Below are positions 43,301 to 54,467 of a stretch of 64,000 nucleotides of DNA, in pieces. The DNA is taken from contig OX337235.1 in NCBI GenBank assembly GCA_946965045.2, forward strand, positions 2,046,001 to 2,110,000, written 5' to 3'. The DNA comes from Epithemia pelagica. Its lineage: Eukaryota > Protista > Bacillariophyta. The number at the start of each line of letters is the position of its first letter. Positions within the stretch are counted from its first letter, which is position 1. Under the pieces are notes generated by a model, which saw only the letters and a program-made list of their open reading frames with translations, had not been told where the DNA came from and did no database searches. The position numbers were made by a program, and so were the translations under genes.

Positions 43301-43498
43301 AAGGGAAAAGGGAAGAAAAGCAGCTTGAAATCGGGCAAAGCAGGAAAAAAAGATAGCGACGACAATGATGATGGAAAGAAGAGTGATGGAAAGAAGAGTA
43401 GCGGAAAGAAGGAGTACTCCAATATGGATAAAACAAGACAGGATATGGACCGAATCGATTTGTGTGTTGCGAAATGTACTTCTCATGTGTCAACATGA
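40347..43498 (+). CDS. Membrane-anchored peptidase M11 (gametolysin-like) metzincin, multi-exon, with Pro/Thr stalk and Lys/Gly/Ser tail; two unresolved frame breaks
   Basis: Exons 40347-41034, 41111-41627, 41706-41888, 42002-42086, 42163-42197 and 42273-end. Splicing gives HELGHNIGLAHS, EYGDKSG and CFNAAHFWQLGWY. Confidence 0.8.
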
Positions 43499-43642
43499 AT
43501 AGAAGCATTAGATCGACATGTAGTTTTTCAGCTATAAAAAACAGAGATAGTTCCAACTATCTGTTTCAAAACCATTGTGAAACTGTTCACAATTGTGAAC
43601 AAGATGTGTTTGCCATCTCAGTCCCCTCGCTCTGGGTGCCAC

Positions 43643-46096
43643 TCAATAGGATGCTTTCCCGTAAAATCCATTTTCGACATCCACTACTTCATACTCAGGA
43701 AGCTCTGCGATTTCCTTTTTTACCCAATCAATTGATGCCGAGTCTCGTCTTCGAACACGAACCATTTGTTCTCTCCATTGAGAATTCTTCAAGGCAAACT
43801 TGGCGACGAACCAAAGAGAATCAGACGTCAAGAGCTGTATATCTTCTTCGCTGAGTTGGTCAGCGTACAAGCGTTCCACAAGACCACCGTCTTGTGGACT
43901 ATTCCGCAATTCCTCCTCGACTGCATGAATCATTTGTCTCATTTTGTCCTGCGTCGGCATGCTCTGGAAGGCCTTGGCGACTTCTAGATTCACCAAAGGG
44001 AGAGCCGAAACTGCTTTCACTGTCATGCATAGAATTCGTAAGCTTAGTATCAATGCCGGTCCAGCCTTGAGAACCCAGTGACGGGAGAGAGCCACCTCGA
44101 TGGGTGGATCTACCATGGTCTTGCTATGGGCACAAACAAAGAACAAGTTGACAGTTTTCTGGGTCCAGCCCAGCAACCAGTCCTTGTAGCTTTTGGTCAT
44201 TGTACCCATGTTGGCCGGCTGTGGGAGCAGAACAAAGAGTCTTGGAACTGGATGACATCGTGCGTCCATCCTCGATAGTGCGGGAAAAATAGAATCCCGC
44301 AGAATTCTATTCAAGGTTTCCAATGGAGCGTCATTCGGTTCGGGGTTCATTTCATGCATCAGATTTTGTCCGTGAACAGACTTCCAACAAGCAAGTCTAC
44401 AATAATGGTACCGACCATCCCAAGTTTTCCAGCATTCGGTCCATTTCTTACACGAGCTGCATCTTGTGAGCTTGGATGGACGAGTGGGTGGCAATGACAC
44501 GGTGATTGCTCCCGCACCATCGCTCCTCGATTGTCCGTCCAACAAAGTGCATTCCACGGGTATTCCTGGTTGCCGTTGTCTTGCATCTTCTCCCTGTTTT
44601 GAACCGTGCTTCCGAATGTCATTGGTATTCTCCGGCACTGGACCAGACGGTTGGTAATCTCTTGTTTGACGTTGACTCTCGGTACATTCTCGAGACTGCA
44701 ACACTGTGTTTTCCTTGTCATTGCAACTCTTGTCCACAGTACGCAAGACGAAGGATTCGATCGAATCCACGGCATGGGCAGAGCCGTGGCCACCAGTCAC
44801 AATCATGATGGAAGGCGTCATCCTCTGGTGGACACGGTTTCCTAACTCTTGGTCTTTGGGCAAGGAGACTGTCGGGTTGTGGTGCCAGGGCAAGACCAGG
44901 GCGGCACACCCCCATCGGGGAACCGTCAAGTCTGGAAACGCCATCGTTTCCACCTTGTAGGAGCTCTCTTCTTCGTCGTGACAAGGAGGTAGGTGGATTG
45001 CATGCACCGACGCCAAGCATTCGTGACCTGTGGATCCTCCCACCACCAGAAGCGATACAGCAACAGAGGAGGAAGAAGAAGAAGTAAAGGGTCCCATGGC
45101 GCAGACGGCATGGCCGGAACGACCCGTGGGCAATGCAAGGTCTGGGTGAAGTTGCCACTCACCGCGAGAAACCCTTCTCCGTGGTCGGCCCTTTTCTGGA
45201 GAGGTTCGCTTGATGTGGGAGTGCGGGTTGTTCGTAGGCACGTTGGGGTGTTGGTGGTGTTTTCGGGCCCTGTGCCGAGGAGATGCGGATGCCGTCGTCC
45301 ATGCGGTGGGTAAGAGTAACGATTCGACACTGACCAATCGACGACCGGTTCCATCTTTTCCTCCCACGACCCATATCCGGTCATGGTCCACCAGAGTGGC
45401 TCCCAAGGAAAAACGTGCCACCTTCATTGCAGGACCGACACGGACAACGGGCGCCAAACGGTCATTGTTGCACATGGTTTGGGTATCCATAATTTCCGTG
45501 CTGGACAAGGCCGGAGGCGTGGTCTCACTATTTTCACTCCCACCACTTCCACCTCCCAGCACCACAATGTACCGATTCGACACGGCTACCGCACAACATC
45601 CTCCACGGGGGACCTGTAAGCAAGAGTGTAATCGCGTCCAACCACTGTGGTTCTGGCTTGGATGCTTACTGGGAGGAGCCATGGACGGATATCTCGAGTG
45701 TTGTAGCAGTTCCGCAATGGGAATACGTTCCATCACGTTCATGGGTCCATGGTGGTTGCATCCTCCAATCGCATACAAATACTGGTTGCATACCACGGCG
45801 GCCAGTCCGTGTCGCGCTTCGCAGAGACTGGGACCGGCGGTCCACGCGGAAACAGCACCAAGACGAGGCAATCCGGTTGTAGTTGTATCGTTCGTCGAGG
45901 ATGCCACTTGGCCCAGCCACACGGAATTGGTACGGTTCCCGTACTCTTGTTTCCCCGCCAACACGACGAGATATCTCGTTGGCGAGTCGTCGTCGTCCTG
46001 AATGGTTGTCATGGCATGACACCAACGACTTCCTCCGGGAAGTTTGGTCGAGACGACTCCTTGGAGAACCTTTGTGGATGGTACGTCCACACTCAT
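43643..46096 (-). CDS. Kelch-repeat protein with Cys-rich finger and helical C-terminal domain
   Basis: Kelch motifs (ARHGLAAVVCNQYLYAIGG, RIWVVGG, PRWGCAA), CSSC...YCRLAC and VPRLFVLLP...DW...LFFVCAHS...W...PAL. Confidence 0.8.
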   Translation of the reverse strand: MSVDVPSTKVLQGVVSTKLPGGSRWCHAMTTIQDDDDSPTRYLVVLAGKQEYGNRTNSVWLGQVASSTNDTTTTGLPRLGAVSAWTAGPSLCEARHGLAAVVCNQYLYAIGGCNHHGPMNVMERIPIAELLQHSRYPSMAPPSKHPSQNHSGWTRLHSCLQVPRGGCCAVAVSNRYIVVLGGGSGGSENSETTPPALSSTEIMDTQTMCNNDRLAPVVRVGPAMKVARFSLGATLVDHDRIWVVGGKDGTGRRLVSVESLLLPTAWTTASASPRHRARKHHQHPNVPTNNPHSHIKRTSPEKGRPRRRVSRGEWQLHPDLALPTGRSGHAVCAMGPFTSSSSSSVAVSLLVVGGSTGHECLASVHAIHLPPCHDEEESSYKVETMAFPDLTVPRWGCAALVLPWHHNPTVSLPKDQELGNRVHQRMTPSIMIVTGGHGSAHAVDSIESFVLRTVDKSCNDKENTVLQSRECTESQRQTRDYQPSGPVPENTNDIRKHGSKQGEDARQRQPGIPVECTLLDGQSRSDGAGAITVSLPPTRPSKLTRCSSCKKWTECWKTWDGRYHYCRLACWKSVHGQNLMHEMNPEPNDAPLETLNRILRDSIFPALSRMDARCHPVPRLFVLLPQPANMGTMTKSYKDWLLGWTQKTVNLFFVCAHSKTMVDPPIEVALSRHWVLKAGPALILSLRILCMTVKAVSALPLVNLEVAKAFQSMPTQDKMRQMIHAVEEELRNSPQDGGLVERLYADQLSEEDIQLLTSDSLWFVAKFALKNSQWREQMVRVRRRDSASIDWVKKEIAELPEYEVVDVENGFYGKASY

Positions 46097-46603
46097 GGTT
46101 CATTGGTACCAAACGATCTGGATCTGAATTGGGTGCTGTTCTCGTCTCGATACAACGTCAAAAGTCGCAGTCGGTCATACCCGTCCTCCATGCACATGAC
46201 AGTTCCGGTGGAAAAAAAGTGCCCACAGAACCACCGCCAATCACACGGCGAAACCACAGGAACTTCCCTCGCAAGCTCATGCGTTCTGTGGCAGGGAATC
46301 CACTCGATCGCGCTCCATCCAAGTCTGGCAATTCTCCTCCAAGAGAAAGGAATGGCAGACCCGTCTAATCATCTTCCTCTCGCAACATGATCCCCTCATT
46401 GTCGCGTGTGACGTAGGAAGCGTGCGAGTGAGAAATGCGACCCAAATGCTTCTGAACTCATGCGACCCAGAAGGGACCATTTGAAGCGACCGATCATTGC
46501 GAAAAATTTGGATCTTTCTTTCTTTCTTCTTGTTCTTCCAATGGCGAAACGAAAGAGAAGCACCATGACCCACACAAAACGTTCGAACGTACGACGACCA
46601 ACG

Positions 46604-48620
46604 ATGCACTTGCCCACGCACTGTTTGGGGATGGGCGGTGGTTGGTTCCTCCTGGTAGTGGGTGCAGTCTCGGCCATAGTGTCGTCGTCGTCCTCCCATG
46701 GGGCCTTGGCATGGACCGTGGTTCGGCCGTTGGAGCATGCATTGGCGTTTGGGATACCACCCACTCCGGACAACACAAACCACAAGATTCGACAACAACA
46801 ACGACAACAACGAAACAATGGGTATAGCGTCGTGGTTCAATCGTCCCGTCAGTCGCTGGATGGTCCGGTTGCTCGGGACGACGACGACGACGAGGACTGC
46901 CGTGCTCTCGCCGACAGTGGCGACACCGTCGAGGATCGGTCCAGCATTGTGAGGCCAAATACAAATAGGAATACTGCCAGACGAAGGTTTCTGCAGTCCT
47001 CTTTAGCTTCCTCCCTGGCTTTGGTACTGCCATCCATGTCGTTGGCTGTGGGATTGGCCCAATTTCCTCAAACCAGTCCCTTTTCCAATGCCTATCATTT
47101 TATGCGGATTGGGACGACCTTGCTGGAGGAAGAGGATATATGGAGTACCAATGCGCTTTTTCTGACCAACCGAGAGGATGCACTCTCGCCGACTGGACAA
47201 GAACAAGTCGTTTCGGCCTGTCGCCTGTTGAAAGAACCCCAGCAGTGTCCCACGGTGGTCCGACACAGTTTGGCGGCCGGCTCCATTGATACGGCAACGC
47301 TATTGAGCCGTGAGTTGGGTTTGGGAAGAGATCGTGTCGTGGGGGAATATACGTTTCTGGATCCACGAGCGATTGGACAGTGGGACATGTTGAGCAAGAC
47401 CTCGACCATGCCGGCCGTATGGGCCATGGATGAAATGGAGGCGGGTGCCAATGGCAAGGGCGGACGACCTCCTCCCAATGAAGATGGGACGCCCCACGAA
47501 ACCTTGGCCGACCAAACCATTCGACTACGTCAACTCTTTTCCCTGCTGGAAACACAATACTCGGGCGACACGATCTTACTCGTCTTTTCCGATGGCACGG
47601 GACCGGCGGTCTTGTCGGCCATGGTGGCCGGAATTCCACTCAATCGAGTACATGAACTGGAATTCGAGCCGGGAGAAGTGCGGCTCGATATCACCAAGGA
47701 TTCGGTTCAAGCGCTGTGGCAAGCAAAACAAGCCGATCGCACGGCCATGGCGGCGTATCGAGACACGTTGCAACAAGGCCGGGTGGAATTGACGCAATTA
47801 CGTTCCACACAAGCCTTTGTGAATCGAAAAGACGAAAAACTGGAAGCCGAACTAGTCGCCATTGACGAACAATACAATCTGGAACAAGAACGCAAACAAC
47901 AGGCCGAAATCGAACGCAAACAACAAGTAGAGGCCACTCGACAACAGGAACGACAAGAACGACAACGACGACACGAGCAAACCGATTCCTCGTCCTTGTG
48001 GATCTCGGACGAGGGTGGAACCGCCATTCTCCCAACGGTAGTGGCCGCGGGTGCCAGCTTTGTTGCCGTGGTGGGTGCAGCCCAATTGGGAACAGGCGGT
48101 GACGACGACGACAACAACCACGACACCACCACTGCTCGTACTGCCGATTCTGCAGTGGAACCAGGAGGAAACACAACGGCAACCATCACCGTCCAAACCT
48201 CCAAGGGGGATGAGTTGCCACTCCAGTCCTACTTTGGTAGTAGGAAGGGTTCCACCAACACCACCATCGCAACCAACACGACGACAGATTCGGCGGTGAA
48301 ACCACAATTGGTCAATGGCGATCCAAGTGGTACCATGAAGATCCTCTACGATGATGATTTGGTTCCACCCTTGGATCCCTATCAAAAGGCGGAGAAGGCA
48401 ATGAAAGAGTACTTGGACCAAGACGATGGTGGAGATGCGTGTAAGTTGAATTGCTTGTGTGTATTTAATCTTCTTTTCATAGTTGGTCGGGGACACAAAT
48501 TGTCTGACCACACTTTTGTCTTTTTTCCACTGTGCAGGGATTTTGTCGCTCTCGGAAATGATTGAAGAACCGGATGCTTTATCCAGTGAACAAAATCCTT
48601 CAGAAGACACTAGTACATGA
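46604..48620 (+). CDS. Plastid (probably thylakoid-lumen) histidine-phosphatase-like protein lacking the catalytic His, 2 exons
   Basis: Signal peptide ending ALA|W and a twin-arginine signal (ARRRFL...SLA). FMRIG replaces RHG. Intron 48441-48537 gives the C-terminus DDGGDAWILSLSEMIEE...*. Start codon uncertain. Confidence 0.7.
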
Positions 48621-49580
48621 AGAGAACTATATGTTTCCGTTTCACTCTGTGGTTCCTGTTGAACCGGGGACTTCCCTGCTACAGTAAATGTTGGTGTCCG
48701 ATAGGCGGGGCGCGAGCTTTTGACCATACCCTACTATAGCTTTAGTTCCACAAAAACACTACTAGACCATCATAGAAGAGCACTGTCATGGGTCTGTTTA
48801 TTGTGTTTGATGCAAAAGGATTGTCGTTCGGCATTTTCCTTGGATCGATCATGGCATTTAGAGAACCTCTCAAGCTAGAGGGTCGAACTACCACATATAC
48901 TTCCGAGCAATAGGTAGGAGTTCGGATTTCGGATTCTGCCACCAACAAAATTTTGGGTTCTTCACGTACCCCCAAGCAGGGGTGAGTCGCACATCAGTCG
49001 ATGCGCGATGCGCATTCGTATACTCACCCCCACGGCTCGTCCTGCAACTCTCGATGTTGATACAAAATTCCAAATTACACATTATTCTCCCCACATTCAT
49101 CACGGAGGTGGAGGTGCGGTGCTCCAATAACACCCACTGGTTCCCACAAACGCCACCGCCTCTCTCAGAAGAAAGCCAGAGAGGCATATGCCGCTCAAAA
49201 CGTCTCTATATCCTCGAGATCGACTGAACGAGAAGACCAGCACAGCATCGCCAAAAACCACACCGACAATTCTTCGTTGTACAGCAATCCTCCTTCATTG
49301 CAAGCACCGAATGCCTTTCCAATCCCTTCTTCTGTCCCTGTTGCCGAACCGTCCCGTCGTTGTTATGAAACACCATTGGCGAACAAGCAACCACCTTCCC
49401 AAAACCAGCAGAATGAAGAAAAGTCAGAACCATCTGGGTTTTTAGACAGTGGTGCGGCCAGTTCCCTTTCCACCATTCCGTCCGAGTCAACCCAAACCGG
49501 CCCGAATCTAGTTCAGTATGCCTATCTTCCTCCTTCTTCTTCTCATGGGGGCACTCAACGTTCGTTTACCATTGATCGTC

Positions 49581-50030
49581 ATGAAAACCCGATTGCTGCA
49601 AGCAACACCACCTCCGCCGATGATGGGTCCACCACCCTCCATGCCCCCTCCTCCCGTGGGTGGTGGAGGAGGAGCACTGCCACCACCACCTCTCGGTGGA
49701 ACACTGCCACCTCCTCCTCATGGAGGAGCACCGCCCATGCCACCACCTCCCATGCATGACTTACCACCACCTCCAACATCTGCAGCAGCAGCAGCAGGAG
49801 GAAGCAAGGTGGAACAAGTGGGCGACTTGAAAGAGTGGATTGCCAAAGAGATTCAGCAGTTGCTGGGAGAACCAGAAGCCTCCTTGGTGGATTTCATTTA
49901 CGATCATGCCACCAAGCATGCCGATCGTCCCATGGCCGATTTACGACCCGAGTTGCAGGATGTCTTGGAGGAGGATGCTCCAGCCTTTTTGGACAAGTTG
50001 CAAGAACAAGTCAATCAGTTGAATCGGTAG
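49581..50030 (+). CDS. Proline-rich PWI-domain protein (5' end unresolved)
   Basis: Poly-Pro tract followed by LKEWIAKEIQQLLGEPEASLVDFI...ELQDVLEEDAPAFLDKL. Confidence 0.65.
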   Translation: MKTRLLQATPPPPMMGPPPSMPPPPVGGGGGALPPPPLGGTLPPPPHGGAPPMPPPPMHDLPPPPTSAAAAAGGSKVEQVGDLKEWIAKEIQQLLGEPEASLVDFIYDHATKHADRPMADLRPELQDVLEEDAPAFLDKLQEQVNQLNR

Positions 50031-50493
50031 CAAGCGATCGCATTGCTAGGTGAACTTTGAACAATATTTCGGGTTTGGGGAACAGACTCTCACCAGCATG
50101 AGAATGGGCCACACCGGTGGTCTTTTCCATAGTTGTTTTTACTTTGGGATAAAAGAGCCGCATACCAGACCCTAGAAGCAACAAAAGGAAAACACATGGA
50201 TGTGATTCCTCCGTTGCTGTTATCATTACTACCAAGACCACAAGTTCTGTCCATTAGAGTAACGAGACAACCTTCTATTCTCCTTAGTTGCAACTACCAG
50301 ATCTTTCGAGTAGAATCGGATCGTCGTACAGTTAAAAGGATATGAATGTTGGACTCGAGATTTTTTAGCGAAGAAACCTTGGTAGGCGTCTCTCACTGTC
50401 ATCTCGTACAAAGACTGTTTTTGCCCAGAATCATATCGTCGAAACCAACGGATTGGACGACGCAAAAGCAACTGAATAGAAGGTAGTTGTCTT

Positions 50494-50922
50494 TTACAGC
50501 TCTGTGTGGACCACCGAACCATGGTCGTGTCCGTGGTGATGATGATGACCACCATGATGGTGCTCCTCATGTTGGTTTTGACCATGTCCATGATGACGAT
50601 GATGATCTGCATGTTGATGATGTGAATGTCCATGGTGGTGGTGATGATGCGAGTGATCATGTTCTTCCAAAATTGCCACCGACTGCATAAATGAGCCGCA
50701 TCATCTTGGATTGTGTGACATTGGATATTGGATAACTTCGCAACAGGCATTCAACTGCCATGGTCTGGTGGTTTTCCCATGCCAGTCGAGAAATGAGAGG
50801 AGGATGGCCCGTTCTAGAAGTGGTAATTGGAAAGAGGGAGTGGTGGGCGAAGGAGAAGAAGGTTGGTAGAGTGAAATACGGTTGTCGGGTGGATTGGTAA
50901 GTGTTTCTTTGCCTCCGTTCAT
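50494..50922 (-). CDS. His-rich protein, reading frame interrupted by one in-frame TGA (50703-50701)
   Basis: ATG 50922 ...NACCEVIQYPMSHNPR*CGSFMQSVAILEEHDHSHHHHHHGH...TEL*; both parts are in the same frame. Confidence 0.45.
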
Positions 50923-51478
50923 GGTGGTGGAAATGGTGCTGTAGTGGGGCAGTTCGATAGACACAACAGAGAGGTTCCGGTGGGACTTCAATAGCCGAGG
51001 GCCTTCATCACTATATATAGAACGAATGTGCAAAAGGATACGGTGTGAAGACGTCAATTGCTGATGCAGTGGATCTCACTCGTTTGGGTCCGCGGTGGAA
51101 CTGTGGAGGTGAAAATGGTTTTGTATCATCATCGGGAAATCGCCGATTTTGGAGGACGAGCCGTGGGGGTGAGAATAGGAATGCCTCTTTTTTCCGACTC
51201 AGGCGGGATTCCGCTACTCACCCCCGCTAGAGGGGTAGTTCTTCACGATGTCACGTTTTCACCACCAACCACCACCCATCACTCGCCTAATAGGAGTACT
51301 TCGTTCTTTTCAGGCCCCCGATTGCGTGGGCCGAAGTCAAAAAGGCCTTCATGCAAAAAGAGAACACCATCGAATAATGGTTGTTCTCTTCAGTTTTTGA
51401 TACCATCCGTTGTTGCTGCTTTTCTAGAGATCGTCGACAAAACCAGGGAGCCAGGATTCATCTATCGGACGCAGGAGA

Positions 51479-54286
51479 ATGGACGATCCAACCATGACGG
51501 GCGTGGTTGATCGAAAGCTGGCTCATTTGGTCAAGAAGATGATGAATCCTAATGATTCTTCGCCGCCCAACACCGATTATGTGGTTACTATACTTCGAAC
51601 ACAGCATCGAGAATATCAACGAAAGAATGCTTCGGATCTTAAGAAGCAAGTGGAAGTTGCTGTGGAGTATTTACTCTCGATGCAGGATAAGCAACAGCAA
51701 ACATCACCAATGATGCCAGCACAGCAACGTTCATCAGCGTCACCATCGTTGTCGAAGAAACGGAGGTCCGCCATAATGGAAGCTACAGATGATGGAAAAT
51801 TGACCAACAAAGTGGTCATTGAAGACGAACCTGTACGAGAACCCTTGTCGTCCAAGAAACGGAGGGAACGAACAGAGGAGAAAAGTTACGACAAAGCCGC
51901 GGTCCAAGAAGAGGTGGTACGAGAGCGAGTGGGTGCAGGAGGGGGGCTGAATGCTTCTCTTCGGAATCGTTACCGAAAACAACAACAAAAAGATTCGCGA
52001 GAAGAACGAGTAATAGATCTAGTGTCCAAAGTGGACAAAGAGGACGACGAGGAAGATTCCACACAGGAGAAACCGAGCGCAACGAATGCCACAGATCCAA
52101 CGGCATCAATCAGTAAAGTCAAGAAAAGAAAACGTGCAAAGGGAACTCCTGGACTGGACAGGTTGAAGATGCAGGATAACGACAGTCCCTCCTTTTTGCA
52201 ACCAGTTCCAAGACCGAAAGAACGATACACTGATCTTGGTGGTATGGATGCAACGGTGCGTGAGTTGCGTCAATTGGTGGAATATCCAATTATGCGACCA
52301 GAATTGTATCATCACTTGGGGATTGAGCCTCCTAGGGGAGTTCTCTTGAGGGGACCACCCGGGACTGGGAAAAGCCACCTTGCCAATGCGATTGCCGGAG
52401 AGTTGGATGTGGACTTTTTTCGTGTGTCAGCTCCTGAACTTGTTTCGGGCATGTCGGGGGAATCTGAGGGCCGAATAAGGGATCTGTTCAAGTCAGCTTC
52501 AGATCATGCGCCGGCCATCATCTTTCTGGATGAAATTGATGCTGTAGCTCCCAAAAGAAACGAAGCTGGTAGCTCTAGGGGTATGGAAAAGAGAATGGTG
52601 GCTCAGCTTCTCACCAGTATGGATGCGATTGCACCAGAACACAACCGTGACAGAGCTACGGTTGTTGTTCTGGCGGCGACCAACCGGCCAGATTCCTTGG
52701 ATTCGGCACTTCGACGAGCCGGTCGCTTCGATCGTGAGATTCTCCTGGGAGTTCCGGACGAGGAAGCACGTGAAAAGATTGTTCGATCCATGGCGGCAGG
52801 CATGAGACTATCAGGTGATTTTGACTTTCCACTCATTGCTAAGAAAACTCCTGGATTTGTAGGCGCAGACTTGCGCAGTTTGCTCAAGGAAGCAGCCGTT
52901 CTCGCCATCAATCGGATCTATCAAAACATTCAACAAATCGATGGAAGAGACGACGAAAAGAAGGGACAAGGAGACCCAGATAGTAAGCCCAAACCACTGA
53001 CAGCAGAAGAGATGGAGCCCTTGTATGTGACAATGACCGATTTTCTTTGTGCGATTCCCTCGGTACAGCCTTCAAGGTAAGAGCACGGAAGCATATACTG
53101 TACGAAGCATTGAAGTTGTCGTTGACATGTTTCTTTTTTATTTCACAGTAAACGAGAGGGATTTGCAACTGTTCCTGATGTGAGCTGGGACGATATTGGA
53201 GCACTGCAGGACATCCGAGAGGAACTGGCTATATCGGTTCTCGAACCGATCCGCAACCCTGAAAAGTTTAAGCTGCTGGGGCTTACAATACACGCAGGAG
53301 TGTTGCTGTATGGGCCTCCGGGCTGCGGGAAGACTCTTCTGGCGAAAGCCATTGCGAACGAAAGTGGTGCAAACTTTATCTCGGTCAAAGGCCCTGAGCT
53401 CTTGGACAAATATGTTGGTGAAAGCGAGCGATCTGTCCGGTTGGTGTTTGAGCGTGCACGGGCTTCAAGCCCTTGCGTTGTGTTCTTTGACGAACTTGAT
53501 TCACTAGTGCCAAAGAGGGGGATGGACTCTAGTGGTAGTGGGGTAAGTGAACGAGTGGTCAATCAGCTCTTGACAGAACTGGATGGTCTCGATAGCCGTC
53601 GCAGCGTGTTTGTCATCGCTGCAACGAACCGACCTGAGCTTATCGACCCCGCCATGATGAGACCTGGGCGCTTGGATAAGCTGTTGTACGTTCCTGTCCC
53701 ATCACCGGAAGAACGAGTATCGATTTTGAAGGCATTGACCAAAACTGTTAAACTTGCCAGTGATGTGGATTTGGACAAAATTGGCTCGTCGGATCGGGCC
53801 ACCGGTTACAGTGGTGCCGATTGCGCAGCCCTATTACGGGAAGCTGGTCTTGCAGTTTTAAAGGAAGACGCATCTCGACCGACCGGGAAGGATTGCTCAG
53901 CTGATAAAGAGCCACTTTGCATTCAGAGTAAACACTTTGACGCAGCATTCAAAGCCGTTATCCCATCCGTATCGATCAAAGACCAGAAGAGATACGACCG
54001 AATGCGGGAACGCATGAGTACTGCGCGCTCACCCGCAGTAGCAGAAAATGACACAAACAATGGTGACAATGAAACTGCAACTGGTGATGACACTAACATG
54101 AATAAAAGCGGCATGGATGTGGAAGAAACTTCTAGAGTTGGGCATGTCGACAGTGCAGCAACAAAGGAAGAGGCCACTAACGACAATGAAGCAGGAGAAA
54201 AGATACCGGATGCTAAACCTAGTACAGATACGTCAATTGTGAAGACGGAAGCAACCGAGGAAGCACCGTCGCCGAAAAAAAAATAG
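51479..54286 (+). CDS. NVL: NVL/Rix7-like AAA+ ATPase (ribosome biogenesis), 2 exons
   Basis: Two AAA cassettes (GPPGTGKS, GPPGCGKT). Intron 53077-53148 gives PSSKREGFATVPDVSW. The N-domain has EYQRK...VEVAV. Confidence 0.92.
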
Positions 54287-54467
54287 CCAGATCGAACTGT
54301 TACGGATGGCAATGACAAGTTCCAGTTGGGGATACAAGTGTCTTGTGAAAGGAATGATGGGAATCAGAAAAACGATCAAAACATCAGGTGGTTTTGCTCG
54401 GGTAAGATTTCGACAGCAACAAAATCGTTCACCTATGGAAGCAGAGAATATCTTATTAGTTAGCATG

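Noticed and set aside
48851-49580. Upstream exons for the PWI protein
   Set aside because: Candidate frames contain stops or need weak splice sites; no consistent model could be built.
50150-50493. SECIS element for the His-rich ORF
   Set aside because: One AUGA-led hairpin is present, but it lacks the 3' GA of the non-Watson-Crick quartet.
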